DNA of 64,000 bases. It comes from the human T2T-CHM13v2.0 reference genome, Homo sapiens. The stretch lies in NCBI RefSeq assembly GCF_009914755.1, contig NC_060925.1; one strand, 5' to 3'. The position numbers and the translations under genes are program-made. Positions 16,305-35,901 of the stretch are shown one piece after another. The stretch's first letter is position 1, and every line of letters starts with the position of its first letter. A model generated the notes under the pieces. That model did not search any database and was not told the DNA's origin. It saw only the letters and a list, made by a program, of their open reading frames with translations.

Positions 16305-16535
16305 AATGGCTAACATTTCTTCAGTGCTTACTATGAGTTAGGCCCTGTTCTAAGAGCTTATTTAGACCATGCAGACAATAAAAAATTAGGTACTGCTATC
16401 ATCCTTGCTTCACCGATGAGGAGTCTAAGGCAGACAGGTTAAGTAATGTCTCCAAAGTCACATGATTAGTGAACGGAGTAGGAATCTGAACACAGGCAGA
16501 CTACCTCCAGGGCCTACACTCTGAACTACTAAGTG
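16305..16535. mobile_element. MIR
   Basis: gatgaggagtctaaggcagacaggttaagtaatgtctccaaagtcaca core. Confidence 0.65.
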
Positions 16536-18947
16536 ATGCTCCTCACTCTACTTGAGTAGAATGAGCTCCCAGAGCCGTTGACAGCCCCTTCACATGCTGG
16601 CCTTTCTTCCTTGCTTACTCAACCCCATCTCTAAATCCCTATCTTCCTTTAGACTGTGAAGAGATATTCTGAAGAAATAGGATGAAATCACCTGTTCCAG
16701 AGAGTTTAAAACCTAAGAGACTGAAAAAGAACAAAACACTAAGCAAATTTAAGTTAGGTTCCCCCCCAACAGTTAGTCTGATTTTTATTACTTAATGTAG
16801 TGATTCCTTACTCCTTTAACAAATTAACTGAACCATTTGTACATTGCTCATTTAATAAGCACTGTTTTGTTCAGACTGGAAGTACAATATGTTATAAAAC
16901 ACAGATTTATAGGCTCATTCATTTAGCCAGACACTCATGCCTTTGTTCTTCAAAGACCAGAATAAAACCTGCTGACGTACTCTTACCTGTACCCAAGATG
17001 AAACGTGTCAAGAGACAGATTTATCCTGAGAATGCAAATAAAGGTGATCTTAATGTGTATTTGACCAAATTACTCTAGGTTTATGTGCGTGTTTCTGTGG
17101 TGTAATTAATTATATAAATGTGCCCTGCAGCTTTGTGTCTCAAGGAGCAGTTATCATGTCACTTTTCCAGAGACATTTACCTGTAATAGTAATGAACTGA
17201 CGTCACCAACCAATTCAAGGTCTTAGAATTATTTATAGTACAGGTACTTTTTCACATTTAGCCTTTGTACAGTTTTTATTTCCCTAAAGAATATGCCAAC
17301 CAAAGAACTTCCTTAAAAGGACCAGAAATAGGCCTAGGGAACCTGATCACCCTGAATGGATGGCTGCATCTTAAGCTGCAAACTCACTGTGAATAACACT
17401 GCAAAGTAATCATGTTATTACTCGGCTTATTATATCAGCTTCCTGACTTTAATCAATGCCTCTTGAGAGGTAGGTCAACAAGCAGAAGACCATAGCTTCT
17501 AGGTTTGAATGTTATTTTCTTAACAGTAGAAATTATATGCAAGTAACAAAGAGAATCATGGTTACTACTGTTTCAAATTCAAAGTGAAGAGAGAGTTGCA
17601 GACAGGGATAAATTATGTAAATTCTCATTACAACCTTCTGTGACAGCAGATACCCAATTTTAACAGTTATACTCTAAATATAGTAAATAATTTTTTCATC
17701 ATTCACAAATTATTGAGTGGCTACATAAGGTACCATGCTGTATGGCACAGAAGTCAAAACAGAGGAAAAGAGGAGAATGAAGGCTCAGCCGTGTCAGAGT
17801 GGACAGAGTGCCAAAGTGAGAGGAACTTGCCATAGTTAAGAAAGTAGTAATGGCTTAAGAAAGTAATAATAGTTTAGAACCAGACCTTCCCTTGGCTTTT
17901 TAACCTAAAACCACCAAAGATAATAAAATGCTCTCTTTTTATACCTTCACTGATACCCTGCCTTCCATGCTATGCCACAATAAACCTGGACACAGCCAAT
18001 CTGGGCATCTGAGTAACTTCGCTGCTACAACTGTGGACTTGGTCCCTTGCTTCATTTACTGTGGATAAACCACCAGGGAATCGGAAATAAATGTCTAAAG
18101 CAAGGAACATTCTTTATCTCGAACACTGGCATTTCATGGGCACAGATTCAGCATCTTAGCTCTGGCTAACAATGTAGCCTAATTCAGGTTATTACTTACC
18201 TATATCCTGAGTTCCCAAGGCAGCAAATCCCTAGGGTTACACTCTTAAAAAAAGATTTTACTTTATCTGATCATTTTATAGAAATGCTATATACTTTTTT
18301 TAATGATAAAATTTACTTAAAATGGAGAAAACTAAATAGATGTGTATTTTTTGTGGGGAGGGATTGGGTGGGTTAGGGAGACACTTATTTTCCAACTTCT
18401 GACGTTTGAAGGGACCTCCTGATGTAAGAGAGACCTTTCGTTAGATTAATATTACTGACCTAGCAGGGAGGAGGTGAGTCTTGCTGATGGGTGACTTTCT
18501 GGGCAGGAACCAGACATGGGAAGGTAAGCACTTGCTCTTTCTCTTCTGCTTTGGGCACCTGAGTCCTCTGTGCCCTGCCATAAATTTTACAGGGGCAGGC
18601 TCCCATACGTACTGACTGAGGCTGGGTGAAAAAATCCAATTCAGGGGTCTACGGTTAGAAAGGCCTTGCTGCCAGGCATTGGAGTTAGGTTTTCCCACAG
18701 CTCCAACAGTAATAAAACTCATATTTTGATCTTTGCCTGGATGCTTTGTCTCTATCAACTGGTTCAGGGAGAGAAAAAGAAGTGTTTATCAACCCCTTAC
18801 AGCCCCAATGTGGGCTTTTAATTTATGTCCATCTGATCCCTTTGGAGGTATAACTGCAATCTATTTAACCATGAAAAACACTGGAAAACTTCCATCAATG
18901 AGCTCATATAAAACCTGTATCACAATTCTGCCTCTTTTCTAAATTAC

Positions 18948-19133
18948 CTTGTAGTCTTGTCCAGATTTACTCTGCAGTGTGGAAGAAACATTCAGACAGA
19001 CAGACTGAATTTTGCGGAAGAGTCCTGGTTTAGATCCGTGCTGAACCACTCCCTCTACCTTTAGCGCCAGCTGCTGGTTATTCTGGACAGCAATGGGCTC
19101 TGCAGGATTCCGGGGCGATGGTGACAGAGCAAG
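18948..19133 (-). CDS. INTS7: INTS7 coding exon (probable exon 19), 186 nt, LALSPSPR...GQDYK
   Basis: attccag|CTT acceptor, AAG|gtaatt donor; ORF 18939..19148. Confidence 0.95.
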
Positions 19134-20364
19134 CTGGAATGCCAACACTCAAATAAATGCCAACAACCAAGAGCAAGCTTCCTTCCGACAAACATGTCTG
19201 TGCTAATCACTGGTTACAGGTTAACAAATTCGATTGTGCACTCCCCCACCCCCACAGGACCTGACTGTGCCAGGACAACGAGACAGATGTACCTTTAAAG
19301 TGCCTCCTTCTAAACATCACTGTGGTTTTCATCCCAAACCTCAGTTCTATTTGAGGATAATAGAGAATTAGAAAAAAGCAAAGGCACTATTCTCCCAATT
19401 TTTGTGGTGAGGCATTTCTTTGACAATGAACCACTTCTAGTAGGGAAAGGCATTATATAAATTTTCATTACCTAAGAGCTGTCTCTTTGGTCTTACGTAA
19501 TTTTAAATAAACTAAATTCAAATGTAAATGAACTTAAAGTTCCAGGATTATCTACACAACGAAGTCACTGTGCTATAAAAAAAGTCAATATCTACAAATG
19601 AATCAAATGACATTTTTCACCTCTCATTAGTTTTTCTTCAAAAATGTATTAAAAATCCCAAACACATCAATTAAAGAAAGCCCAAGTCTTGCTAAATGAA
19701 AAGATGGAAGAAATTTGAGTCTTTTTGATAATGTTGTTGAACTACTGATCAACCCTGGAGACATCCTACTTTAGGACTTCTTATCTAGATCGTCAAATCT
19801 TCCTCATTATTCCAGTCATTTTGAAATGGAATGCTCTGTTATTTGTAATCAAAACATTTGCATGGATGTAAAAGTTTACTGAAGACATTAACTAACAGGG
19901 ATAATCCAGGAGATCTCTTAGAAGTGACAATTTTCTCCCTTTTCCAACAATTTCATTTTCTGAATCAAAAATAGCTTTTGAATTGTGAGTGGCTTAAATA
20001 TTTCAAAATACTAATTCTACTCACTGGTTAGCCCCTCAAAACATGTTACTGAAAGGCAGAAGTACTTTGGAAGAAGAACTGGTGACAGTTTACTGGATCT
20101 GATTCATTCTAAGTTGGGTCTATAAGTTGGGTCTGAATAGACTCAGCTCAAGATCCTTGCAGGCTACTGTGATAAATCACTAATTTATTCCTGGAGGTGA
20201 GAGACAAACAACAGAGCTCCAGTTACCCAAATGCCTGTCTCATAGAATTTGGCACTGACAATTAAAAAGGGAGAGAGTTTAACTCCCAAATTCATTTCTT
20301 TCACCAAACCACTTGATAAAGGAGAGAAATGGCTTACAACTAGGTTTTATCAAAACCAAAGGTA

Positions 20365-20668
20365 AGCCAGGCACAGTGGCTCATGCCTGTAATCCCAGCA
20401 CTTTGGGAGGCAGAGGTGGGTGGATCACTTGAGGTCAGGAGTTCCTGACCAGCCTAGCCAACATGGTGAAACCCCATCTTTACCAAAAATAAAAAAATCA
20501 GCTGCGTGAGGTGGTGGATGCCTGTAATCCCAGTTCCTTGGGAGGCTGAGGCAGGAGAATCGCTTGAACCCGGAGGTTGCGGTGAGCCAAAATCACACCA
20601 CTGTACTCCAGCCCAGGCGACAGGGCGAGACTCTGTCTCAAAAAACAAAACAAAACAAAAAAACCAAT
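20365..20668 (+). mobile_element. AluS
   Basis: Dimer; TSD aaaccaaaggtaa. Confidence 0.92.
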
Positions 20669-20770
20669 AAACCAAAGGTAACACACTGAAGTGTAGCTAT
20701 GTCCTACATAATCTTCAGAAGACACCTGGTTTTAAAACCTATATTAACCTTAGTATTCTTCCTGTATTAC

Positions 20771-20869
20771 CTTGATGCTGGTAGACTGTAGTTTCTGGAA
20801 AAAATATCTCTGGAAAGAAAGGGGAACTTTCAGCAAAGCAATGATGGCATTGCAGAGGCATGCTGTGTG
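20771..20869 (-). CDS. INTS7: INTS7 coding exon (probable exon 18), 99 nt, HTACLCNA...QSTSIK
   Basis: ttttcccccag|CAC acceptor, AAG|gtaata donor. Confidence 0.95.
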
Positions 20870-21701
20870 CTGGGGGAAAAAAGAAACTAAATCAAATAAA
20901 AATAAATTTTCAAATTTCATCAACAAGTGGTACATTCAGTATAAAACTACAAATGCCCATATAGATTATTACAAAGGTACATACCAATCAAGAACTAGGC
21001 ATCACATCCAGGAACTGTGCATACATACTAAATCATTCATTACAGATTTTTACTTTATTGTGAAGTATATTCAATAAAATATAAGTGACAGAAATGAGAA
21101 AATCCACAGTCCTCGAGGCCAAGCAATAGGCAAATTCCACATTTCTACAGCGCTCAGAACTATCAGTATATTATTAAACAATTATATTAGATACTAAAAT
21201 ATAGAGTAACTATCACATGGCAAAGTATGATAAACAGTATGGTAAAGAAGCCCGAGCATTTTGCAGGACTTTGGCTTTGAGCTGGCTCATTCTTTCATTA
21301 GGTGGCTTGTCTCTATGGCCATTGGTCCTCAGAGTAAGCAGTGGTGGAAACTTGGTCGAATTCAGATGAAAGAGGACTATATAGTCGGGGAATCCTGAAA
21401 CTCTAATAAAATATCTTATTTCTCAAATCTGCCTCACACATTTAACTGAGTTTTGAAAATCCCAGCATGACTGCAGAGGTACAGAAACACCACAGAGAAT
21501 ATTTTGAGCCTTAATGAAAGTGGTCATAAAATCAGAATTTAAGCGTTCAAAGATATTTTAAAGATTACCCAGTCTAATAGAAGAAAACTGAAAGTATCAT
21601 AAGAACACTTTTAACTTCAGGTGAACCAGAACCATTCCTGCTTGGTCTACTATCCCTTCCTCAGTCTACTCCCGTCTCAGTGGCCTCGTAAGTCACCACA
21701 G

Positions 21702-22224
21702 TGAGGCAGCGCTCCTTTCACGGGGGCACTAGCTGCGGGAGGTCTGTTCTTGCAGACCCGATTCAGCAACGGATAAATAAAGTATGCTGACACACAGATA
21801 TTCTGCTCTGCCAGTCCAGCTGAGGGTCCCAGCCGCTTACAGGCTCCTGCTGAGTCCTGTAAACAGTTGCAACTAGGCCCTGATCAGCTAGTCAGACTCG
21901 CATTTATTCAGTAAGATTAATTAACAAAAGCTTGAGTCAACACCATTAGAGGGAAATTGACATTGTGGACTTCTGAGTAAAAGGCACTTAAGCACTCACG
22001 GTACATCAAAGGTTAGTCTTTATATGAGTAAACAAGCTAGCCAGGTAAACTACTCTGCCTTTCTTTATTACTATTTTAATTTGTTTAAAGGTAAAGAGAT
22101 CAGGCCGCCTTCAGCCAGATCTATTACTGAAGTTAGGCAAACTTCTCAGCCTTCCAAGAAGACTTGTGTCTATTTCTATAACTATCTCTAATATTTTTCC
22201 CACCAGCCTGATTGAAACCCAACA
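21702..22224 (-). mobile_element. Solo LTR, LTR22-like (ERVK / HML-5)
   Basis: Minus strand begins TGTTGGGTTTCAATCAGGCTGGTGGGAAAAATATT and ends in CA; perfect 6-bp flanking repeat ccacag at 21696-21701 and 22225-22230; 523 bp. Confidence 0.85.
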
Positions 22225-22833
22225 CCACAGGTTGAAAACTGCTGCATGCACCATGTGGTATGCTGTCTGTCCCTCTAGGCTCCTGCTTTCAAGCAGAGTG
22301 TCACCTAGTTGCTCATGCTGTAAACATTTTTTTTTTTAAAGTTGGGTGTTAAGGCTAAAAGCCAGAAAAATCCATTCCTTATTGGGTTCAGGCAATTGAA
22401 CATTTTGTGCCCAACAGACTCATAGTACAAATGCCAAGTCTATTACCTGAGATAATCACAACACAGATTTAAAGACACTGGTTCTATTTTTTCAGATTTA
22501 ACTGTTAAAATAGCATTAATCAGCTTCCTGCAACAAGTAATTTGGAAAGTATTTGCAGAGACATCCACCTTTGGTGGACCTCTGATGCCACACTAGTGTC
22601 TAAGGAGAGAAACATCTTTGAAGCGTGGACTCAGAGGACCACAAGGGACTTCAGGCTGTTTTCAGGCAGAAAGTCACCATTTTGCCTTTTAAAAGAATGG
22701 TGCAGATTTTGCAATACCCTCTTGGAAAAGTGTGGAGTGCCTCTGAGGTCAACAGCCCCTTGGGTATTGACCTCCATAGGTGTATTAGCAGATCACTATT
22801 AAGATGTCTGGAGATGTAAATTACGTATCATGA

Positions 22834-23168
<335 letters not shown>

Positions 23169-23179
23169 AATGCTCTCTT

Positions 23180-24370
23180 AATTGTCAATCCAATGGATAC
23201 TTTTCAGTCTTTGTATTTTCTGACATTTCTGTGGCACCTGATAATGCTCTTCCTTCCATGAAATTCCACCTAATAGTCCATACCCTTATTTCTGATTCTT
23301 CCTTTTGCCATCTTCTTTTTAAAGAGCCTCTTCTTTTGTGTGTTCCTTAAATGCTGATGCTCTCCTTGTTGTCTTCTCTTCTCAATCCATGTTTTTCATA
23401 GGCAATTCTCCCCACTCCCGTGACTTTAAGAACTTCTATGTGCAGATGACCTTATATGCATCCCAGCCCATCTTTCTTCCAACTGCAACGTATTTACTAT
23501 CCAACTGCCTAAAGACAGCAACATGTTTGAAAGTAAAACCTTCATCTTCTATCACCTCTCTATATTCTCTCAGTAAAGGATCAATCAGTTGTGTAACTGA
23601 TCATTCAAGCTGGAAACCTGGAAGGCATGCCTCCATCATCTCATGTCTAGTTAAAAAACTCAGCCTTGAAAATATTTTCACTAAATATCTCTCATATATA
23701 TCTATTTTTCTCATTCCTACTGCCATTTTAGTAATTTGTTCCTTAGTTTGGATTACTGAAAAAGCCTTGTAGTCATTCTTCTTTCCTCTAATTCCACACC
23801 CTGCCAGCCATTTCCTGTTTTGCTTCTATATGATAATATACAATCTATATTAAGCACTTCTCTCTCCTACCCATTTACAATTTCTAAGAAGCCCCCCTGT
23901 GCCTAAGGACAAAGTCCAAGCTCCCTTATACTGTGTTCAAAGCCTTTTGTCACCTGGCCACTGGCTACCTCTCTGATTTCATCTCTCTAATCCCTAGCCT
24001 GTATGTTACATTGAAGTAATAACAAACTGTTCCTAGAAGACATCACCCTATTTCATGCCTCTGCTTTTGAATATGTTCTCTACCTGAGATTCCCAACCCC
24101 TTCTTATCTGTCTGGAAAACTCATATACAAATACATCTTCCCTCTCAACTGCACCACCAATCCATTTTCCCTATCTTTTGATGTGAACTACTCTCTTTTT
24201 TGTACTACATCTCTACCTTGTGCAGAATTCTATTAATGCACATATACTGTATTGTGTTTGTTTATAAAATCTTTCTTTCTTAGACTATGGACAACTTGAG
24301 GGAAGATCCTGTGTCTTTGTCATTTTTCTATCCCTAGGATCCCATAAATACTTGTTGAACTGAATCTGGA
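23180..24370. mobile_element. L2 fragment
   Basis: Pyrimidine-rich L2 3'-region phrases (aaagtccaagctccctta, tagactatggacaacttgaggg, aaatacttgttgaactgaat). Confidence 0.65.
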
Positions 24371-24432
24371 GGCTCAGACAGTAACAAATCTATAAAGTAC
24401 AACTTGGAAATACAGAAAAAGGGAAATAACTT

Positions 24433-24787
<355 letters not shown>

Positions 24788-25354
24788 TTAGCATTATTTC
24801 ATTTAAACCTCACAGTAATCCTATGAGGCAGGTATGTTTTCTACTTCATATAAAAGGATGTTAAGCAATGTGACTAAAGTCACACAGCTGCTGAGCAGCA
24901 ATGCCAGAATTTGAACCTAGTTCTGAATGAGCCTAGGGCCCTTTTCTCTGTACTGTGTCTTCTGCTGGGCAGAAAATTCCCATTCCGTTATATTCAATTC
25001 CATCAAAATGAAGTTTGTTTAGCATCTATTTCATTTTTTAGGATGGAGCTTAGAAGAATATGAAAATAACCACTGTCTCACACAGATGTGTGTATTTCTT
25101 TCAAAGACTGTCTTTACACTCTCCCTTAGCAAACAATGTCACTGTCAAACAGCTGTCAATTCAATTCAGTAAATACTATTGACAATTTTACATGGAAAGC
25201 AATATGTCAAAGGAATTGCCCATCTTTAGATCTAACCTAACTCTTTAATGACATCCTATTTATTCTAAAACACTTGATAAAGCATGAAAGTACAGAATGA
25301 GAAGAGCAGAAGCAGAAGAGAAACTCTCCAAGGGGTAAAGTTCAAAGGCTGGGA

Positions 25355-26010
25355 ATTGGGAACTGAATGTTTGTGTTCCCCCAAATTCGTATGTGGAAGC
25401 TGCAACCCCCAAGGTAATGGCATTTGGAGGTGGGCCCCCATGATGGGATGAGTGTTTTTTTTGTTTGTTTGTTTGGTTGGTTTTTTTTTGAGACAGAGTC
25501 CTCGCTCTGTTGCCCGGGCTGGAGTGCAGTGGCGCTATCTCAGCTCACTGCAACCTCCGCCACCCGGTTCAAGCGATTCTCCTGCCTCAGCCGCCTGAGT
25601 AGCTGGGATTACAGGCATGCGCCACCATGCCCAGCTAATTTTTGCATTTTCAGTAGACACAGGGTTTCACCTTGTTAGTCAGGCTGGTCTCAAACTCCTG
25701 GCCTCGTGATCTGCCCACCTCACCCTCCCAAAGTGCTGAGATTACAGGCGTGAGCCACCGCACCCGGCCAGGATGAGTGTTCTTAAAGAAGAGGAAGAGT
25801 GACCAGAGCTCTCGATCTCTCCCTACCATGTGAAGATGTAATAAGAAGGTGGCTGTCACCAGGGCCAGGAAGAAAGTCCTCACCAGGAACCGAATCTGCT
25901 GGCAGCTTGATACTGGACTTTCCTGCCTCCAAAACTGTGAGAAATAAATGTCTGTTGTTTAAGGTACCAAGCCTACGGCATTTTGTTATAAAACCTGAGC
26001 AGAGATACTG
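25355..26010 (+). mobile_element. MLT1A-like MaLR LTR interrupted by an AluS (25455-25769, minus)
   Basis: tgaatgtttgtgttccccc...cctccaaaactgtgagaaataaatgtctgttgtttaag; Alu TSD ggatgagtgtt. Confidence 0.8.
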
Positions 26011-26260
26011 GGGAATGGTCAGACAGGGAGGAGAAAATTTGGGTGAGAGTATGTTAGCCTGTCCTGTGACTGGGAAATCAGGGGAGAAGATAAAAAAAAG
26101 GGTGAGTGCTCTGAGAACTTCTTAGGAAGTGCCAAAGGCAGCAGAGATTCAGCAGGGTAAAGGCTGAAGAGTGTACTGAAAGGCATTAATGTCATCACCT
26201 GGTAGGAAATGACTCATTGCCAGTCAGCCAACAAGCCCTGTTCTTTCTGTTTCAATTGTC

Positions 26261-26443
26261 CAGTGGTTCTCCCAACCATGGCAGCATGACAGAATCACCT
26301 GAGTGTGTGTAAAACTACTAATGCCTGGGCCACAATTCCAGAAACTCAGAGTTAGCTGGTCAGGGGTGAGGCCTGTATATTAATGTATTCTTTAAAAAGC
26401 CCTCAAAGTGATTCTAATGTGTAGCCTGCGTTGAGAATTATTG
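26261..26443. mobile_element. MER5A-like hAT MITE
   Basis: cagtggttctc...agaatcacctg...gtgattctaatgtgtagcc...ttgagaattattg. Confidence 0.75.
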
Positions 26444-26732
26444 CAACTTCAGTTAAATTGTTAAAAAAAGAAAAAATTTTATTTGCATTCTGGTAGAGCA
26501 GATTTTTATATATTAATATAACTACGTAGCAGCTAGAGATGTGCTAAGTACTTTCATGGATTATCTCATTTACTCCCCACTACAATGCTGTGAGGTAGGT
26601 ATTAACCCTGTTTTATGGATAAGGAAACAGGCACAGAAAGGTTAATTTGTTGAACTCACACAGTAAGTGCCATAAATGTATGAAAAACCCACATCCATAC
26701 AATAAAAGCTCAATAAAACAAATGCCACTTGC

Positions 26733-26865
26733 CATATAAGAAACAGGGGTATATTTCCGATTGAGTGATTCTACCTCCTCCAAGACATGATTATATACAG
26801 ACATCATTCTTCTTTCATATTCACTATCAGCATGGGCTGTTCCAGTAGATCCATATTCCTGGAAA
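26733..26865 (-). CDS. INTS7: INTS7 coding exon (probable exon 17), 133 nt, (S)FQEYGSTG...PVSYM
   Basis: ttcag|T acceptor; donor is non-canonical ATG|gcaagt; ORF 26613..26888. Confidence 0.93.
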
Positions 26866-27537
26866 CTGAAGTAAAGGTCAATATTCATTAATCCATCAAA
26901 ATAGCATGGCTATTTAATGCCTACATGTATCAGGTACTTTCAACATATTTTCATTTAATTTTTAAAATAATGAAGTTATTTCCATTTACAGGTGAGAAAA
27001 TTGAGGCTAGGAGAGGGTAAGTAGTTTGCCTACAGTCATACAGCTAGTAAATGGCAAGCCAGAATTCAAACCCAGGTCTGACTTCAAGTTATGTAATTCT
27101 TAATCTCTTTGGTTGCCAGGAAATATGACAGTGTTACTGCCACAGGTGAAAGAGACATAAACACATCTGAAAAGGGGACTATCAATAAAGCCAGCAGATA
27201 AGCTCCAAACCATCCATAAAGATATGTAATAACAGGTTAGATATATAAATAACAGGTCAGAACATGGAGGAATGTCACAGAAGAAGAGAGTCTTGAACAT
27301 ATCAGTAGGTAAGTAAGATGGGTAAACTTTGGAGAGATGGAAAGTACAGGACATTCATAGCTAGAGAAATGGCATGAATCTAAAGCATGGAGATGAAACG
27401 CATAGGCACGTTCAGAAGACAGTCTGTATACACAGCGTGCTGGGATAAGTTTAACCTAGATTTCTTTCTTTTTCCTCTACTGCTTTGAACCCCTGCAAAT
27501 TTCTGAAAACATTTCTAAGTGAAAAAAGGCATTTCTA

Positions 27538-29734
<2,197 letters not shown>

Positions 29735-30169
29735 AAAGTCATTTCTAACTAAACTTTTGAAAATACAATGTAGGTAATTTAAATATGCTGGGCATAAGAC
29801 TACTCTGATTATTCCCTACTATCATTTTAATGCCTACTATGTACAAGGCATTTCAGCCAGGTATTTTACATATATTAGTTCATTTAATCTTCACAACTAC
29901 TCTGGGAAACAGGCATCATTATCTACCTACAGTTTATGCATACGTGGCTCACTGAGATGACATACATTCACAGAGCTAGGAGTGACTGGTAAGGGATTCA
30001 TGTTCACATTTGCTGGGCTCCAAAGTTCTGTTTCCTGTTCTGTACTATATCTTAAGTTCTATTAAGACAAGAACTGAAGCTCATTTGTATGATGGACTTT
30101 AAGGACAGCTAAACTACATAAAAGACTTGCTAACAAAACAATTCCATTTCTGGTGGTAGGCAACCACAG

Positions 30170-32900
<2,731 letters not shown>

Positions 32901-34928
32901 ATTTAAACTGCTTTGTTGATTATATTCTCTTTGAGGAAACTGATATTGGAATCTCAGGCCTTACTAGATTGAAATTATAGATAGTGTAAATGGGCAAGAT
33001 GGCTGACTAGACACAGCCAGGTGGAACAGCTACCACCAAGGGACCAGGATGACTGGTCCTCTCCTAACAGATCTTTAGAGGGAAGAGATTAAGGGTGGAC
33101 AGAGGGAAGACACAGAAGCTGGGCTGAAGGGGAGGAAGCTGGGAGGGACCCCTGCATGGGGATATCGCACCGGGGGAACAGTGACTTGAACTGGCAAAAA
33201 AACAACCAGCTACTGCCACGGGCCTCTGGAATCCTGGCAGGAGATTCCTCGACCACTATGGACACTTGAGTTGGCACAGAGGGCTGCTTAGAGAAGTGTT
33301 AGGGGCCGTATTCTAGCCAATGCAGAGCCCAAAGGGTTTGGTGTGTGAGCATCTGTAGTGGAATACGGCCAGGGGCAGCCATCCCTCTAGGCTTAACTTG
33401 CTGACTTGCTCCCATAGGAGACTTTATCCCTAAGGGAACTGTCAGACCTCAAGCCTACAGAGCAGTCTTGACGATCAGATGGGGCCAGTCCATCTGGCCT
33501 CTCCTGGGGCCCCAACCTGGCTGTGCCTGCTTGCAGTGCAGCCTTGGGTGTCCTGGGGGGCCTGCATCATAGCTCCTGTGCTTGTGGACTGCGCCTAACT
33601 GGTAGTGAGCTCCAGCACAGCGGCCCAGCATGTGGACATGGGCCGGCTCACCTGCTCCCTCCCCGTACTGGCAGCTTTCCCTGGGCCCATGGCCACCCTC
33701 GACATTGCTTTGCCTGCGTGTGCATGGGCAGATCTTGCCTCCCCAGCCCCACAAGTGCACGTTCACCTTGCCCTGCCACTGCTGCTGGTGCATTCTGCCC
33801 CCATTACCCCCGCATTACCGCCATTGCATTTGGAGCTCCTGTGTCAACATTGCCCTGGGAGTGAAACCAGGCGTGAACAACAATGGACCTTCCCCTGCCC
33901 TAAGTGGCTACCTCCACCTACATAAGAGGGCACACACAGTTCTGTGTCTGCCAGCGCCACGCCCCTATGCTTATACTACCACTAGTGCCATGGCGTGCAG
34001 TTACCAACAGGGTTCCCCTGCACCCCACCGGCCACCTGCGCTGCCTCTGCTGCTGCTGTGAAGGCCCACACAAAGGCCGGCATCCCAGACCTGCTAGTAT
34101 CCTGCCGCGGTGGACAAGTGTGCATCCCGTTATGCTGCTGTTGCTGCTGCTGGTATGTGCAACTGAGGATGGATCCTGCTGCCAACATCCTAATGAAACG
34201 CCTTGGCTGGCACCACCCATTGGAGTGTAGTAACCAGTGGCCCTGGAGCACCTTGGCCCCCTACCCAGCGCAGTCAGTTCCTAGCCTCAAGGAGCCAGAG
34301 AACAAAGTTGAGGCTCATATCAGTCCCCCAGAGCAGGTAGTCCAGGAGTTATGAGCTGAGCCTTGGCTCCCTGAAATCTTCTGGAAATGAAGCCAGTTGA
34401 TTAAACCCACCTTATACCACAATCAAACTCTCAAGGTCATCAAATAGGATTAAAAAAAAAAACATGCAAAGGACAGCAACTTCAAAGATCGAAGGACCAT
34501 CAGCCCACAAAGACGAGAAAGAACCAGTGCAAGAACTTTGACAACTCAAAAAGCCAGAATGCCTTTTTTCTTCCGAATGACTGCACTAACTCTCCAGCAA
34601 GCGTTCTGAACTGGGCTGAAATGGCTGGAATTACAGAAACAGAAATCAGAGTATGGATGGGAATGAAGATCATCAAGAAGGAGGAATACATTGAAACCCA
34701 ATCCAAGGAAGCTAAGCAGCACAATAAAATTATACAGGAGCCAAAAGACAAGAATAACCAGTATAAAAAAGAATGTAACCAACTTGATAGAGTAGAAAAA
34801 CAAACTGCAATAATTTCATAATGCAATCCTTAAAATTAATTGCAAAGCAGACCAAGCTGTGGAAAGAATCACAGAGCTTGAAGACTGGCTTTCTGAATAA
34901 GAGAGTAAGACAAGAATAGAGAAAAAAC

Positions 34929-35244
<316 letters not shown>

Positions 35245-35277
35245 TTATGTAAAGAAACCGAATCTACAACTCACTGA

Positions 35278-35901
<624 letters not shown>

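Noticed and set aside
33455-34354. Dense overlapping ORFs on both strands, including poly-Cys/poly-Gln stretches
   Set aside because: They lie in the GC-rich L1 5' UTR where stops are rare; the runs come from short (CTG)n tracts.
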